Sequence record: PV805633.1
Direction: 5' to 3' (one strand)
Source: a phage
Length of the DNA: 64,000 bases
Shown: piece by piece, positions 8,103 to 16,272 of the stretch
Layout of the letters: every line of letters starts with the position of its first letter
Numbering within the stretch: the first letter of the stretch is position 1
Position numbers and translations under genes: made by a program
The notes under the pieces: generated by a model
Databases searched by the model: none
What the model saw: the letters and a program-made list of their open reading frames with translations, nothing else
What the model was told of the DNA's origin: nothing

Positions 8103-8924
8103 ATGCCAACCCTAAAGATTGCGTTTAATAAAACAACCAACGTTGCTATCGTGCTTGATTCAGATGGTAGTGTTCCAGATGGTTTTGCGGAAGTAGGTAC
8201 TTTTGTACATCCTGATGCCACTTACCCTGATAGCTTAGTTATCTATCACGGTGTACGTGACCTGTTGTATAAACGTTCTGCTGAAGACCCTGCTGAAGAA
8301 GGTTTCTGGCCTAACAACATCGTGGATATGCAGTCGATCACTATTACCCCACAACTGTCTATTGCTACCGAACTGCCTAATGAAGTCTCTGCCATCGAAG
8401 GTGAAGATATTAACTGGCATATTGATGTAGCAGGTGGTAAAGCACCTTTTACCTATAAGTGGCAATACAAAGCAGGTACTGATGGTGCAGTATTCACTGA
8501 TATTGATTCTAGTGATAACGAATCTGCTGCTACTGCAACATTGACCCTTAATGGCGTAACCACTGCTTCTGCTGGTACTTATAAAGTGATTGTTACTGAT
8601 GCTAATGGAACCACGGTGGAAGATACCTCACTGCTGACTGTAAGCTACCCCGAAGCAAGTTCACTGGTAGCTACCCCTGATTCACTGGAACTGTCTGTTG
8701 CTGACGATGCCACTGATGGTAAGACTGTAACCATTACTGCTATGCCTGTTGGAGCGTCTGTTGGTACTTTATCTATCAAGACTGCTCCAGATTCTGCCCG
8801 TGCTACAGCTACCATTTCTGATAACGTACTGACAGTTAAACCTGTGGCAGAAGGTGAAGCTACTTCTGTAGTAGTTACCAACGGTACTGTCGATGTAACC
8901 ATCGCTATTACTGTTGCAGCATAA
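8103..8924 (+). CDS. Ig-like domain protein (I-set-like plus Big_2-like)
   Basis: GGKAPFTYKWQYK...AGTYKVIVTDANG pattern, then TVKPVAEGEATSVVVTNGTVDVTI. Confidence 0.55.
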   Translation: MPTLKIAFNKTTNVAIVLDSDGSVPDGFAEVGTFVHPDATYPDSLVIYHGVRDLLYKRSAEDPAEEGFWPNNIVDMQSITITPQLSIATELPNEVSAIEGEDINWHIDVAGGKAPFTYKWQYKAGTDGAVFTDIDSSDNESAATATLTLNGVTTASAGTYKVIVTDANGTTVEDTSLLTVSYPEASSLVATPDSLELSVADDATDGKTVTITAMPVGASVGTLSIKTAPDSARATATISDNVLTVKPVAEGEATSVVVTNGTVDVTIAITVAA

Positions 8925-8973
8925 GGGTATCTCTTATTTGGGGTTATAAACCTGAAAGGAATCCCTCTAGTTT

Positions 8974-9010
8974 GACCTCCCTATTGAAGGGAGGTCTTTT
9001 TTTTTTTTTG
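8974..9010 (+). terminator. rho-independent terminator
   Basis: GACCTCCC-loop-GGGAGGTC followed by a T run of more than 10. Confidence 0.75.
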
Positions 9011-9034
9011 ACTTAAACAAACCGGAGCCAGGAA

Positions 9035-9223
9035 ATGTATAAAGAGATTGCATTCTTCTCGTTCTTGTTAGGTGGGTTAATTGGTGCAGGATTTGTAGCC
9101 ATTTCTAATAACTACTTTGGTTCTACTCCAAATTCTGTAACACAAACCCTCAAGCATGAATGTGAATTGAATATCCCTCGTAACCAAAACTGCGTAATGC
9201 AGTTCGTACCGGAGAAGAAATGA
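9035..9223 (+). CDS. small membrane protein
   Basis: ORF track; hydrophobic N-terminus. Confidence 0.45.
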   Translation: MYKEIAFFSFLLGGLIGAGFVAISNNYFGSTPNSVTQTLKHECELNIPRNQNCVMQFVPEKK

Positions 9224-9480
9224 ATATTCATAATCTACGTTTGGTTGAAAGACTGTATGAAGAATACAACGACAACCGACAGCAATTAGCTAGTATAAAA
9301 AAGTCCCCACATATGGTGAAAGTAACCTTCTGTGATACAGATTTGGGGGTACAAGCACGTACAAGCATAATCCCTAAATTGGTAGCATTTTATCAGAAGA
9401 AAGTGGATGACTTAGAGAAACGCCTAAAGCATTTAGGAGTTGACCTATCTTTATTACCTGAAGAAGAGGAAGAAGAGTGA
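9220..9480 (+). CDS. hypothetical protein
   Basis: ORF track; start/stop coupling. Confidence 0.5.
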   Translation: MNIHNLRLVERLYEEYNDNRQQLASIKKSPHMVKVTFCDTDLGVQARTSIIPKLVAFYQKKVDDLEKRLKHLGVDLSLLPEEEEEE

Positions 9481-9662
9481 AACTAACCCAGTCCCAAGCA
9501 ATTTTCCTTCGCATGATTCAAGGTGGTTCTGCCACCAGCAACCGTAATAACAAAACCGCACAGTCTCTTAAGAAGCTGGGCTTAGTACAGTTCAATGCTG
9601 GTCTTGGGTGGTCATTAACCCCTACCGGCGTACTTCAACTCAACGAATTAAAAGGTAACTAA
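9477..9662 (+). CDS. hypothetical protein
   Basis: ORF track. Confidence 0.45.
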   Translation: MKLTQSQAIFLRMIQGGSATSNRNNKTAQSLKKLGLVQFNAGLGWSLTPTGVLQLNELKGN

Positions 9663-9989
9663 ATGAAAACTTTAATTGCTGTTGTTCTAGTAGCTCTATC
9701 AGTTCTGTCATTCGGTGCTCAGGCATCCAGTCGTGCAACCTTGTTGGAATCTGCTGCTGATTACAAAGCCAATAATGCAAACTTTGTGAACCAGGGTTAC
9801 TTCATGGGCATGGTTACTATGGGTGTGGAAGCAGGAAAGAATTGTGTACCTGACGGTATAAAATTAGGGCACATTTTTGACAGAGTGGCCTCTATTATTC
9901 TGTATGACCGAAAGGTTAATGCAGTAAAAGTACCATCAGACATGGTTCTGTTAGCGATTAATACAGCCTATCCCTGCGTTAAATCTTAA
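9663..9989 (+). CDS. secreted/periplasmic small protein with signal peptide
   Basis: MKTLIAVVLVALSVLSFGAQA/SS signal-peptide pattern; two Cys. Confidence 0.5.
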   Translation: MKTLIAVVLVALSVLSFGAQASSRATLLESAADYKANNANFVNQGYFMGMVTMGVEAGKNCVPDGIKLGHIFDRVASIILYDRKVNAVKVPSDMVLLAINTAYPCVKS

Positions 9990-10023
9990 TTAGTAATTCC
10001 ATTAACTTTAGGAGAGTAAGTAA

Positions 10024-11076
10024 ATGGCGAACATTGACTCCTTGACTGTATGTAATACACGGCAAGCCCGTAACTTTATTATCCGTGCCTTGCAAGCAGG
10101 TAACGTACCGTTCCTGACTTCATCACCGGGTATGGGTAAGTCTGCAATTATTCATTCTATTGCAGAAGAATTTGGTATGAAGCTGATTGACCATCGTTTG
10201 TCTACTTCTGCCCCAGAAGACTTATCTGGTCTACCATTCCGTAATGGTGACCGTGCAGAATTTATTCCTTTCGCTGATTTATTCCCTATCGAGGGTGACG
10301 AAGTACCGAAAGGTTATAATGGCTGGCTCCTGTTCCTTGATGAGTTCAACTCAGCTAAAAAGGAAGTAGTAGCTGCTGCATACAAACTGATTCTAGACCG
10401 TATGACCGGACAGAAAAAACTTCACCCTAATGTGATGATTATCTGTGCCGGTAACAAAGCTACTGACCGAGCCATAGTTAACCCACTGGGTACTGCAATG
10501 CAGTCCCGTGTTGTCCACTTCGAAATGGAACTCGACTTCGACATCTTTGTTGAAGACGTTATGATTCCACAAGAATGGGATGAGCGTCTGGTTGCATTCT
10601 TACATGCTAACCCTGGTTATCTGCATGACTTCGACCCTGCCCACAAGAACAAAACATTCTGTTGCCCACGTACCTGGGACTTTGTTAACAAAGACCTCAA
10701 GAACCGACCAGAAGGTGCTTTGCCTGATGAAGATTCTATCTACTATGCAGGCCACGTCACTGCTGGTAAAGCTACAGAGTTTGTTCAGTTCACTCAGGTA
10801 TACAATCGTATGATTACGATTGAGAAGGTAGTCAAAGACCCTTTGGGATGTGCACTACCGGAAGATAATAACCTGTGCTGGGCTACTGTTAACCATCTGG
10901 CTAACAAAACTACTGAAGATAACTTCGCTGATGTTCTTCAGTACATTGAACGCTTTAAAACGTTCACCCATAAGATTCTGTACTTCCGTACAGTAGGCAA
11001 AGCATTACCAGAAATTCAGGCTACCCCTGAATGGCGTAAAGCTGCTGCCAATATCTCTCGTTACATTCACGGATAA
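10024..11076 (+). CDS. MoxR-like AAA+ ATPase
   Basis: Walker A SPGMGKS; Walker B/MoxR motif LFLDEFNSA...AAAYKLILDR. Confidence 0.7.
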   Translation: MANIDSLTVCNTRQARNFIIRALQAGNVPFLTSSPGMGKSAIIHSIAEEFGMKLIDHRLSTSAPEDLSGLPFRNGDRAEFIPFADLFPIEGDEVPKGYNGWLLFLDEFNSAKKEVVAAAYKLILDRMTGQKKLHPNVMIICAGNKATDRAIVNPLGTAMQSRVVHFEMELDFDIFVEDVMIPQEWDERLVAFLHANPGYLHDFDPAHKNKTFCCPRTWDFVNKDLKNRPEGALPDEDSIYYAGHVTAGKATEFVQFTQVYNRMITIEKVVKDPLGCALPEDNNLCWATVNHLANKTTEDNFADVLQYIERFKTFTHKILYFRTVGKALPEIQATPEWRKAAANISRYIHG

Positions 11077-11083
11077 TCACAAC

Positions 11084-12259
11084 ATGAACCAGATACCTCA
11101 GCACACACTTAGTGATGAACAACTCATGCGTGAGTATGACCGTATTCAGGCCCAAGCCTTCCTAGGCAAGTCTGCTGCGTTTTTTGGTTCATTGCTGTGT
11201 AGTCTTAAGTTCTCATGGAAACGTGAGGGTTGTCCCACTGCATGTACCGATGGGATAGAACTCCATTTCAACCCTGACTTCTTTATCTGGATGTGCCCTG
11301 ATGCAAGAGAAACAGTGCTAATGCACGAACTCTGGCATGTGGCATATCTGCATGGCATCCGTTGTGGAAGCCGTGACCCGGAAGTCTGGAACCAGGCATG
11401 TGACCACTTCATTAACCTTCAGTTAGAGGAAGATGGTTACAAGTTCACTGGTATCGACGAAGGTATTTGCAAAGACCCTCAATATAAAGGATGGGTCGAA
11501 GAAGACATCTACGATGACCTGATGAAGAACCCTCAGAAAAGGCAGAAGCCGTCGGGGGGAGCTGGAGCAAGTCTTGCTGGCGACATGAAAGCCCCCTCTT
11601 CGGGGCAGTCCCAGGGTGCTGTTGTCAACAACGTAGTGCGTGCAATGCAAAGCCAGAAGATGGCTGGTGGAACAATGCCCGGTAAAGGTGCTGGTCGTAT
11701 GGAAGAGGTTATTACCCAATTCCTTAAACCAGTAGTTCCATGGCAGGAAGTTCTGATGAACTTCTTTACCGACATTGATGACACACATTATACGTGGGCC
11801 AGACCTAACCGTCGCTTCACTGACGTCTATCTACCTTCTCTGGAAGATGATGAAGGACGCTTACGACACTTAGCCTACTTTGAGGATGTATCCGGTTCTA
11901 TTAGTAGTGCTGACTCTCTGCGTTTTAACTCAGAGGTTGCCTACGTTAAGAGCCAGTTCAATCCTAAGAAGATGACCCTAATTACCTTCGACGATATTAT
12001 CCAAGAAGAAATAGACATCACTGAAGAAGATACTTTTGAAGAGATTAAGATTACTGGTCGTGGTGGTACAAACCTTGAACCAGTGCGCGAATGGATTATT
12101 AAGAATAAACCAACCGCTGCAATCATATTCTCCGATATGTATGTTCGTCCAATGGAAGAATTACCATTTGATATCCCTATCATCTGGTGTGTTCTGAATA
12201 ATCCTAATGCTACCGTACCTTTCGGGGAGGTAGTTCATATCCCTAAAGGAATGAAATAA
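11084..12259 (+). CDS. VWA-like / putative metallopeptidase partner of the MoxR ATPase
   Basis: HELWHVAYLH (HExxH) in the N-terminal half; immediately downstream of the MoxR-like gene. Confidence 0.45.
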   Translation: MNQIPQHTLSDEQLMREYDRIQAQAFLGKSAAFFGSLLCSLKFSWKREGCPTACTDGIELHFNPDFFIWMCPDARETVLMHELWHVAYLHGIRCGSRDPEVWNQACDHFINLQLEEDGYKFTGIDEGICKDPQYKGWVEEDIYDDLMKNPQKRQKPSGGAGASLAGDMKAPSSGQSQGAVVNNVVRAMQSQKMAGGTMPGKGAGRMEEVITQFLKPVVPWQEVLMNFFTDIDDTHYTWARPNRRFTDVYLPSLEDDEGRLRHLAYFEDVSGSISSADSLRFNSEVAYVKSQFNPKKMTLITFDDIIQEEIDITEEDTFEEIKITGRGGTNLEPVREWIIKNKPTAAIIFSDMYVRPMEELPFDIPIIWCVLNNPNATVPFGEVVHIPKGMK

Positions 12260-12765
12260 TGATTGTTAATGGTAATTCTCTATACCGTTCATCTCAATTG
12301 CTGGATGTCCCAGACCGTAAAGTATCCGAGCATGGTGTAAGCTATGGATTAGGTGAAGCTGGTTATGATATTCGTATCAAACAAGACATTACCTTCTATC
12401 GCTTATTTGGATTGATTCCAATGGTGAAAATCGCTGATGGAAAACAAGTATCACGCCACTTCGGTAAGTTTGCATTGGCTTCAGCAATTGAGAAATTCAA
12501 CATGTCCCCGTCCTGTGTAGCTATCGTTCACGATAAGTCCACATGGGCAAGACGTGCATTATCTGTGTTCAATACCGTAATAGAACCAGGATGGAAAGGG
12601 TATCTTACCCTCGAACTGGTCTATCATGGTCGTAAGAAACTGCATATCCCGGCTGGTGCTGGGATAGCTCAAGTATTATTTCATCTGGTTCAAGAGCCTG
12701 CTAACTACAATGGCAAGTATCAGAACCAGGAAAACAAACCAGTTGCTGCAAGAAGCAGCAAATAA
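12259..12765 (+). CDS. dCTP deaminase-like (dUTPase fold)
   Basis: GYDIRIKQD and GWKGYLTLELV...GAGIAQVLF motifs. Confidence 0.55.
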   Translation: MIVNGNSLYRSSQLLDVPDRKVSEHGVSYGLGEAGYDIRIKQDITFYRLFGLIPMVKIADGKQVSRHFGKFALASAIEKFNMSPSCVAIVHDKSTWARRALSVFNTVIEPGWKGYLTLELVYHGRKKLHIPAGAGIAQVLFHLVQEPANYNGKYQNQENKPVAARSSK

Positions 12766-12774
12766 GGAAACAAC

Positions 12775-12975
12775 ATGTCAGTATTTCAAGTATCTCCTGT
12801 TGACAGTACCCAACGTAAAACTATTGTTGCAACTAACGTAGTAGATGTAGATGAAACCCCGACTGGTGCTGTAATTCATCTGATTGATGGACGAACTGTA
12901 ACTGTAAAAGAAAGCTATCGTTCAGTACGTGGATATGTTCGTAAAGCTTTGACTGCTGACTCTGACGCAGAGTAA
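12775..12975 (+). CDS. hypothetical protein
   Basis: ORF track. Confidence 0.45.
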   Translation: MSVFQVSPVDSTQRKTIVATNVVDVDETPTGAVIHLIDGRTVTVKESYRSVRGYVRKALTADSDAE

Positions 12976-12987
12976 GTAGCTGCCTAA

Positions 12988-13015
12988 ATAGCCCAACTAT
13001 GTTGGGCTATTTGTG
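12988..13015 (+). terminator. terminator-like hairpin
   Basis: AGCCCAAC-TAT-GTTGGGCT followed by ATTTGTG. Confidence 0.45.
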
Positions 13016-13309
13016 AAGAAACTATCTCAACCTCACATAGGAACCATCATGGAATCTTTAGCAGCAATCCTCGTTCTGTTATTTGCACTTGCTGTATACC
13101 TTATCCCTACTATTATTGCTTTTGCACGAGGCCATGCCTCTAAGTGGGGCATTGGTGTACTCAATATCGTATTAGGCTGGTCTTTAGTCTTCTGGGTAGT
13201 AGCACTGATTTGGTCACTGTCTAATAAAGAACAGTCTCAGACTACAATCGTTAACGTTGGTAGTGGTAACCAGTACAACGTGTCTCAAACGAGCCTGTCT
13301 GATAAGTAA
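13013..13309 (+). CDS. superinfection-immunity-like membrane protein
   Basis: IPTIIAFARGHASKWGIGVLNIVLGWSLVFWVVALIWSL resembles the Imm_superinfect family. Confidence 0.55.
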   Translation: MKKLSQPHIGTIMESLAAILVLLFALAVYLIPTIIAFARGHASKWGIGVLNIVLGWSLVFWVVALIWSLSNKEQSQTTIVNVGSGNQYNVSQTSLSDK

Positions 13310-13383
13310 CTAACCTAAGCATCATTGTATAGTGGTGCTTGTGGAAGTTACTTCCAGCTCATTACTTATCCATCTCCTAATCC

Positions 13384-13412
13384 AAGCCCACCTAACCCGT
13401 GGGCTTTTTTAA
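13384..13412 (+). terminator. rho-independent terminator
   Basis: AAGCCCAC-loop-GTGGGCTT followed by TTTTTT. Confidence 0.65.
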
Positions 13413-13494
13413 TTACAGGTACTCTTATGTCAAACAGACAAATGGTAAGTCTATCTTATATGGACTGGACTTAAGTAAACTGGAACAAACTGCA

Positions 13495-13806
13495 ATGCTT
13501 ACTTTAGGTATACATGACCAAGTAGAAGTGAATGGAATTGGTCCTGATGTTTGTGCAGCAATGCAAGCTGCTATTCAGAAAGGATGGACTAGTAGATCAT
13601 TTAATGTTTTCCCATACATCCCTCCTGAACCTCATCTGAAATCTAAGGTAGACAGAATCATAGATAAGTTCTGGCTTAGCCCATGCGGGGATGACATGCA
13701 TCTTTACCTGGCTCAAATACAAAAGAATCCGCGTACTAAAGATGTGTTCAAAGGCAAAAGCACTACCCACCATTACCCTTGGTATAGAAGAGGTAGTAAA
13801 TACTAA
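13495..13806 (+). CDS. hypothetical protein
   Basis: ORF track 13399..13806 begins with GTG inside the terminator hairpin; first ATG in frame used instead. Confidence 0.4.
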   Translation: MLTLGIHDQVEVNGIGPDVCAAMQAAIQKGWTSRSFNVFPYIPPEPHLKSKVDRIIDKFWLSPCGDDMHLYLAQIQKNPRTKDVFKGKSTTHHYPWYRRGSKY

Positions 13807-14249
13807 TGCGTATCCCATTCCTAAGAAAAAGGGAACGAAATCCTGTTCTTTATAATAAAGGTATAGAGGATGAGTACGAACTCAACCGTAAAGCCCGTTC
13901 CTACGCAACAAAATTATTCATGGGGACTAGCAACCCTAATAGATTACTGGACTTTGTTTTCGAACAAGTCTTTATCATATACAGCTTAGCTATGTCTGCT
14001 GGTTCACAAGAAGTAAGTGATAAGGCAAGATATGCTCTCTGTATGCTCCGGAAAGAGTATGAAGCCATCATGTATGAAGACTTGTACTCCTTTAAGAAAG
14101 AAACCGCTGTAGCGTGTTCTGTGGCTCTTACTGAAGGTATAGCAGTATTACAAGAACTACCCCGTAGTGAGTTTAAGCTGGTATATGTCCAGGCCAGGAG
14201 AATTACAGAAAACCGAAGTGGTATTACCAACTATCTAAGGTCATTCTAA
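13806..14249 (+). CDS. hypothetical protein
   Basis: ORF track. Confidence 0.5.
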   Translation: MRIPFLRKRERNPVLYNKGIEDEYELNRKARSYATKLFMGTSNPNRLLDFVFEQVFIIYSLAMSAGSQEVSDKARYALCMLRKEYEAIMYEDLYSFKKETAVACSVALTEGIAVLQELPRSEFKLVYVQARRITENRSGITNYLRSF

Positions 14250-15193
14250 TGATTAAGGCAACTGTCATTGCAGATTCCGTTCATCATGTAACGGGTACTC
14301 GTATTACTACCTTTGAATTGGTTTATCCTCGATTCATTCACAGTGAGTTTATGACCCACCGTGTATTCAACCGAAATGCTTCAAGTAGTCGTGCTATCCC
14401 TACTTCTAAGTTCATCGAACAGGTTCGTAATGAACCAGTGATGCCAAGTCACTGGGGCAAGAACCAGAAAGGTATGCAGGCATTTGAAGAATTGTCTGAA
14501 GACCAGTGTAGTGATGCAACCTTTATCTGGGAACAGGCTGCATCCAGTGCTGCTACCTATGCAGAAATGCTACGTCGTGGACAAGTACATAAGCAGATTG
14601 TTAACCGTATTCTGGAGCCATTCACACATATCCGTGTAGTAGTAACTTCAACTAGCTGGGCTAACTTCTACGGCTTGCGTGACCATGAAGATGCTCAACC
14701 AGAGATTCGTGAATTAGCTCAAGCAATGCGTAAGGCTCATAATGAAAGTGTTCCATCTAAGCTGTCCCAAGGTGTGTGGCATCTGCCTTATATTCGCAAG
14801 ATTGATTGTATTAACGCTTACGATCATTGCAAATATCAACGAGTTACTTGTGATAAACCAAGTGATGAAGAAGTTATAGGCTTACTGCTTAAAGTCTCTG
14901 CTGCTCGTTGTGCTCGTGCCTCCTATAACAACTTTGAAGGCAAGCCATCTACTATTAGTGATGACCTTGCTCTCTTTGCTAAGTTGGTAGAGAAACAACC
15001 AATTCATGCATCACCTACTGAGCATCAAGCTACCCCGATGGACTTCAGTACCAAGTTTGTTAACAACCAGAACCCATTAACCTGGGAACAAGGTGTTACT
15101 TCAATGGACCGGGAAGGTAAGCTGTATTCTGGTAACTTAATGGATTTCATCCAATTCCGTAAACTAATCCCCGGAGAAACAATTACAGAATGA
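14249..15193 (+). CDS. ThyX-like (flavin-dependent thymidylate synthase-like) protein, tentative
   Basis: FMTHRVFNRNASSSRAIP resembles the ThyX RHR...S.R signature; next to dCTP deaminase. Confidence 0.35.
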   Translation: MIKATVIADSVHHVTGTRITTFELVYPRFIHSEFMTHRVFNRNASSSRAIPTSKFIEQVRNEPVMPSHWGKNQKGMQAFEELSEDQCSDATFIWEQAASSAATYAEMLRRGQVHKQIVNRILEPFTHIRVVVTSTSWANFYGLRDHEDAQPEIRELAQAMRKAHNESVPSKLSQGVWHLPYIRKIDCINAYDHCKYQRVTCDKPSDEEVIGLLLKVSAARCARASYNNFEGKPSTISDDLALFAKLVEKQPIHASPTEHQATPMDFSTKFVNNQNPLTWEQGVTSMDREGKLYSGNLMDFIQFRKLIPGETITE

Positions 15194-15426
15194 AGCGTTT
15201 AGCTATCCAAGCAATGATTGTAAGCATCATCCTGGTTCTGGAATTTGTATTTGCACTGCATGGTGCACAGAGCCTGGAAGGGATGTTTTTCGTAGTAGCT
15301 CGTTTCTCTGCATGTGTTCTTGGCTTATGGTGTGTGTATTACTATGCACGCGACTATGTAGCTATCAAGGAACATGATGATGCTAAGGAACGTCTACGAC
15401 AATTCGTAGAAGAGAATCGTAAGTAA
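15190..15426 (+). CDS. small membrane protein
   Basis: ORF track; two hydrophobic helices. Confidence 0.5.
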   Translation: MKRLAIQAMIVSIILVLEFVFALHGAQSLEGMFFVVARFSACVLGLWCVYYYARDYVAIKEHDDAKERLRQFVEENRK

Positions 15427-15431
15427 ACCTA

Positions 15432-15458
15432 AGACCTCCTCCGGGAGGTCTTTTTTTG
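15432..15458 (+). terminator. rho-independent terminator
   Basis: AGACCTCC-TCCG-GGAGGTCT followed by TTTTTTT. Confidence 0.75.
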
Positions 15459-15710
15459 GTTTCAATTACTGTCCCAGGAGGACTTATGGCAAGTTGGTAC
15501 GCAACTATGTTGGAGAAAGATTCCAATGGACTATACAGGGAATCCGTCGGTAGTTTTAAAAACATCTGTATAGATGGGCGTTTATGCATGATTAACGCAG
15601 TAGATATTGCAGAAGAAACCCTATCTAAAGAATCAGGTTATGCAGGGTTTAAGCTGGAAAAACTTAATAGAGCCTGGGATTACAGAAATCCTTTTATTTA
15701 TAAAAAATAA
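15456..15710 (+). CDS. hypothetical protein
   Basis: ORF track. Confidence 0.45.
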   Translation: MVSITVPGGLMASWYATMLEKDSNGLYRESVGSFKNICIDGRLCMINAVDIAEETLSKESGYAGFKLEKLNRAWDYRNPFIYKK

Positions 15711-15719
15711 GGAAACAGT

Positions 15720-15932
15720 ATGCCCGCTAAATACCGTATCAAAGACACTCCACTAATGTGTGAGAGTGAGAAGGGTGACATTGTATATGCCTGTATCCAA
15801 GACGATTTCAATGCTGCTCTGATATTAACCCAAATGACAAATACACTGCATGTATCAGTAACACTGGACCCTACCGGTGACTATCCCTGCTTCCCCATTC
15901 CTGCCCATAACCTGGAGCAAATCCGTGATTAA
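15720..15932 (+). CDS. hypothetical protein
   Basis: ORF track. Confidence 0.45.
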   Translation: MPAKYRIKDTPLMCESEKGDIVYACIQDDFNAALILTQMTNTLHVSVTLDPTGDYPCFPIPAHNLEQIRD

Positions 15933-16233
15933 TCCTGAAGTTATTCATAGTAAAACTGGTAAGGCTGTTCCACTTAGTGATATTGCAGTTACCGGTGATA
16001 TTGCTGCTTGCCCAGCTAACGTCGCTTCACTATGTATGTGCATTGCTGCACTGGCAGAGGAACGTAAATTATGGCTGGAACCAAGCAAAGAAATGGTACT
16101 GGCTGGCGTGTCTGAACTGAATGCACTTCTGAAAGAAATGTATGACGAGGATGGACAATTAGTTGAGCCAACCGATGACCAAATTTCTGATGCTGTAGTA
16201 TTCGTACTTCAGGCAATGGCTTCAAAACGCTAA
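15877..16233 (+). CDS. hypothetical protein (GTG start, overlaps upstream ORF)
   Basis: ORF track. Confidence 0.4.
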   Translation: MTIPASPFLPITWSKSVINPEVIHSKTGKAVPLSDIAVTGDIAACPANVASLCMCIAALAEERKLWLEPSKEMVLAGVSELNALLKEMYDEDGQLVEPTDDQISDAVVFVLQAMASKR

Positions 16234-16272
16234 TTAATTCAATAAGCAACATTTAAACTGGAGAGTAAATAA

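Noticed and set aside
11146-11788. Minus-strand ORFs inside the VWA gene (11146..11412, 11423..11788, 11533..11784)
   Set aside because: Shadow ORFs antisense to a conserved plus-strand gene; plus-strand gene order is continuous
13399-13494. GTG start of ORF 13399..13806
   Set aside because: The GTG lies inside the terminator stem-loop; first in-frame ATG used instead
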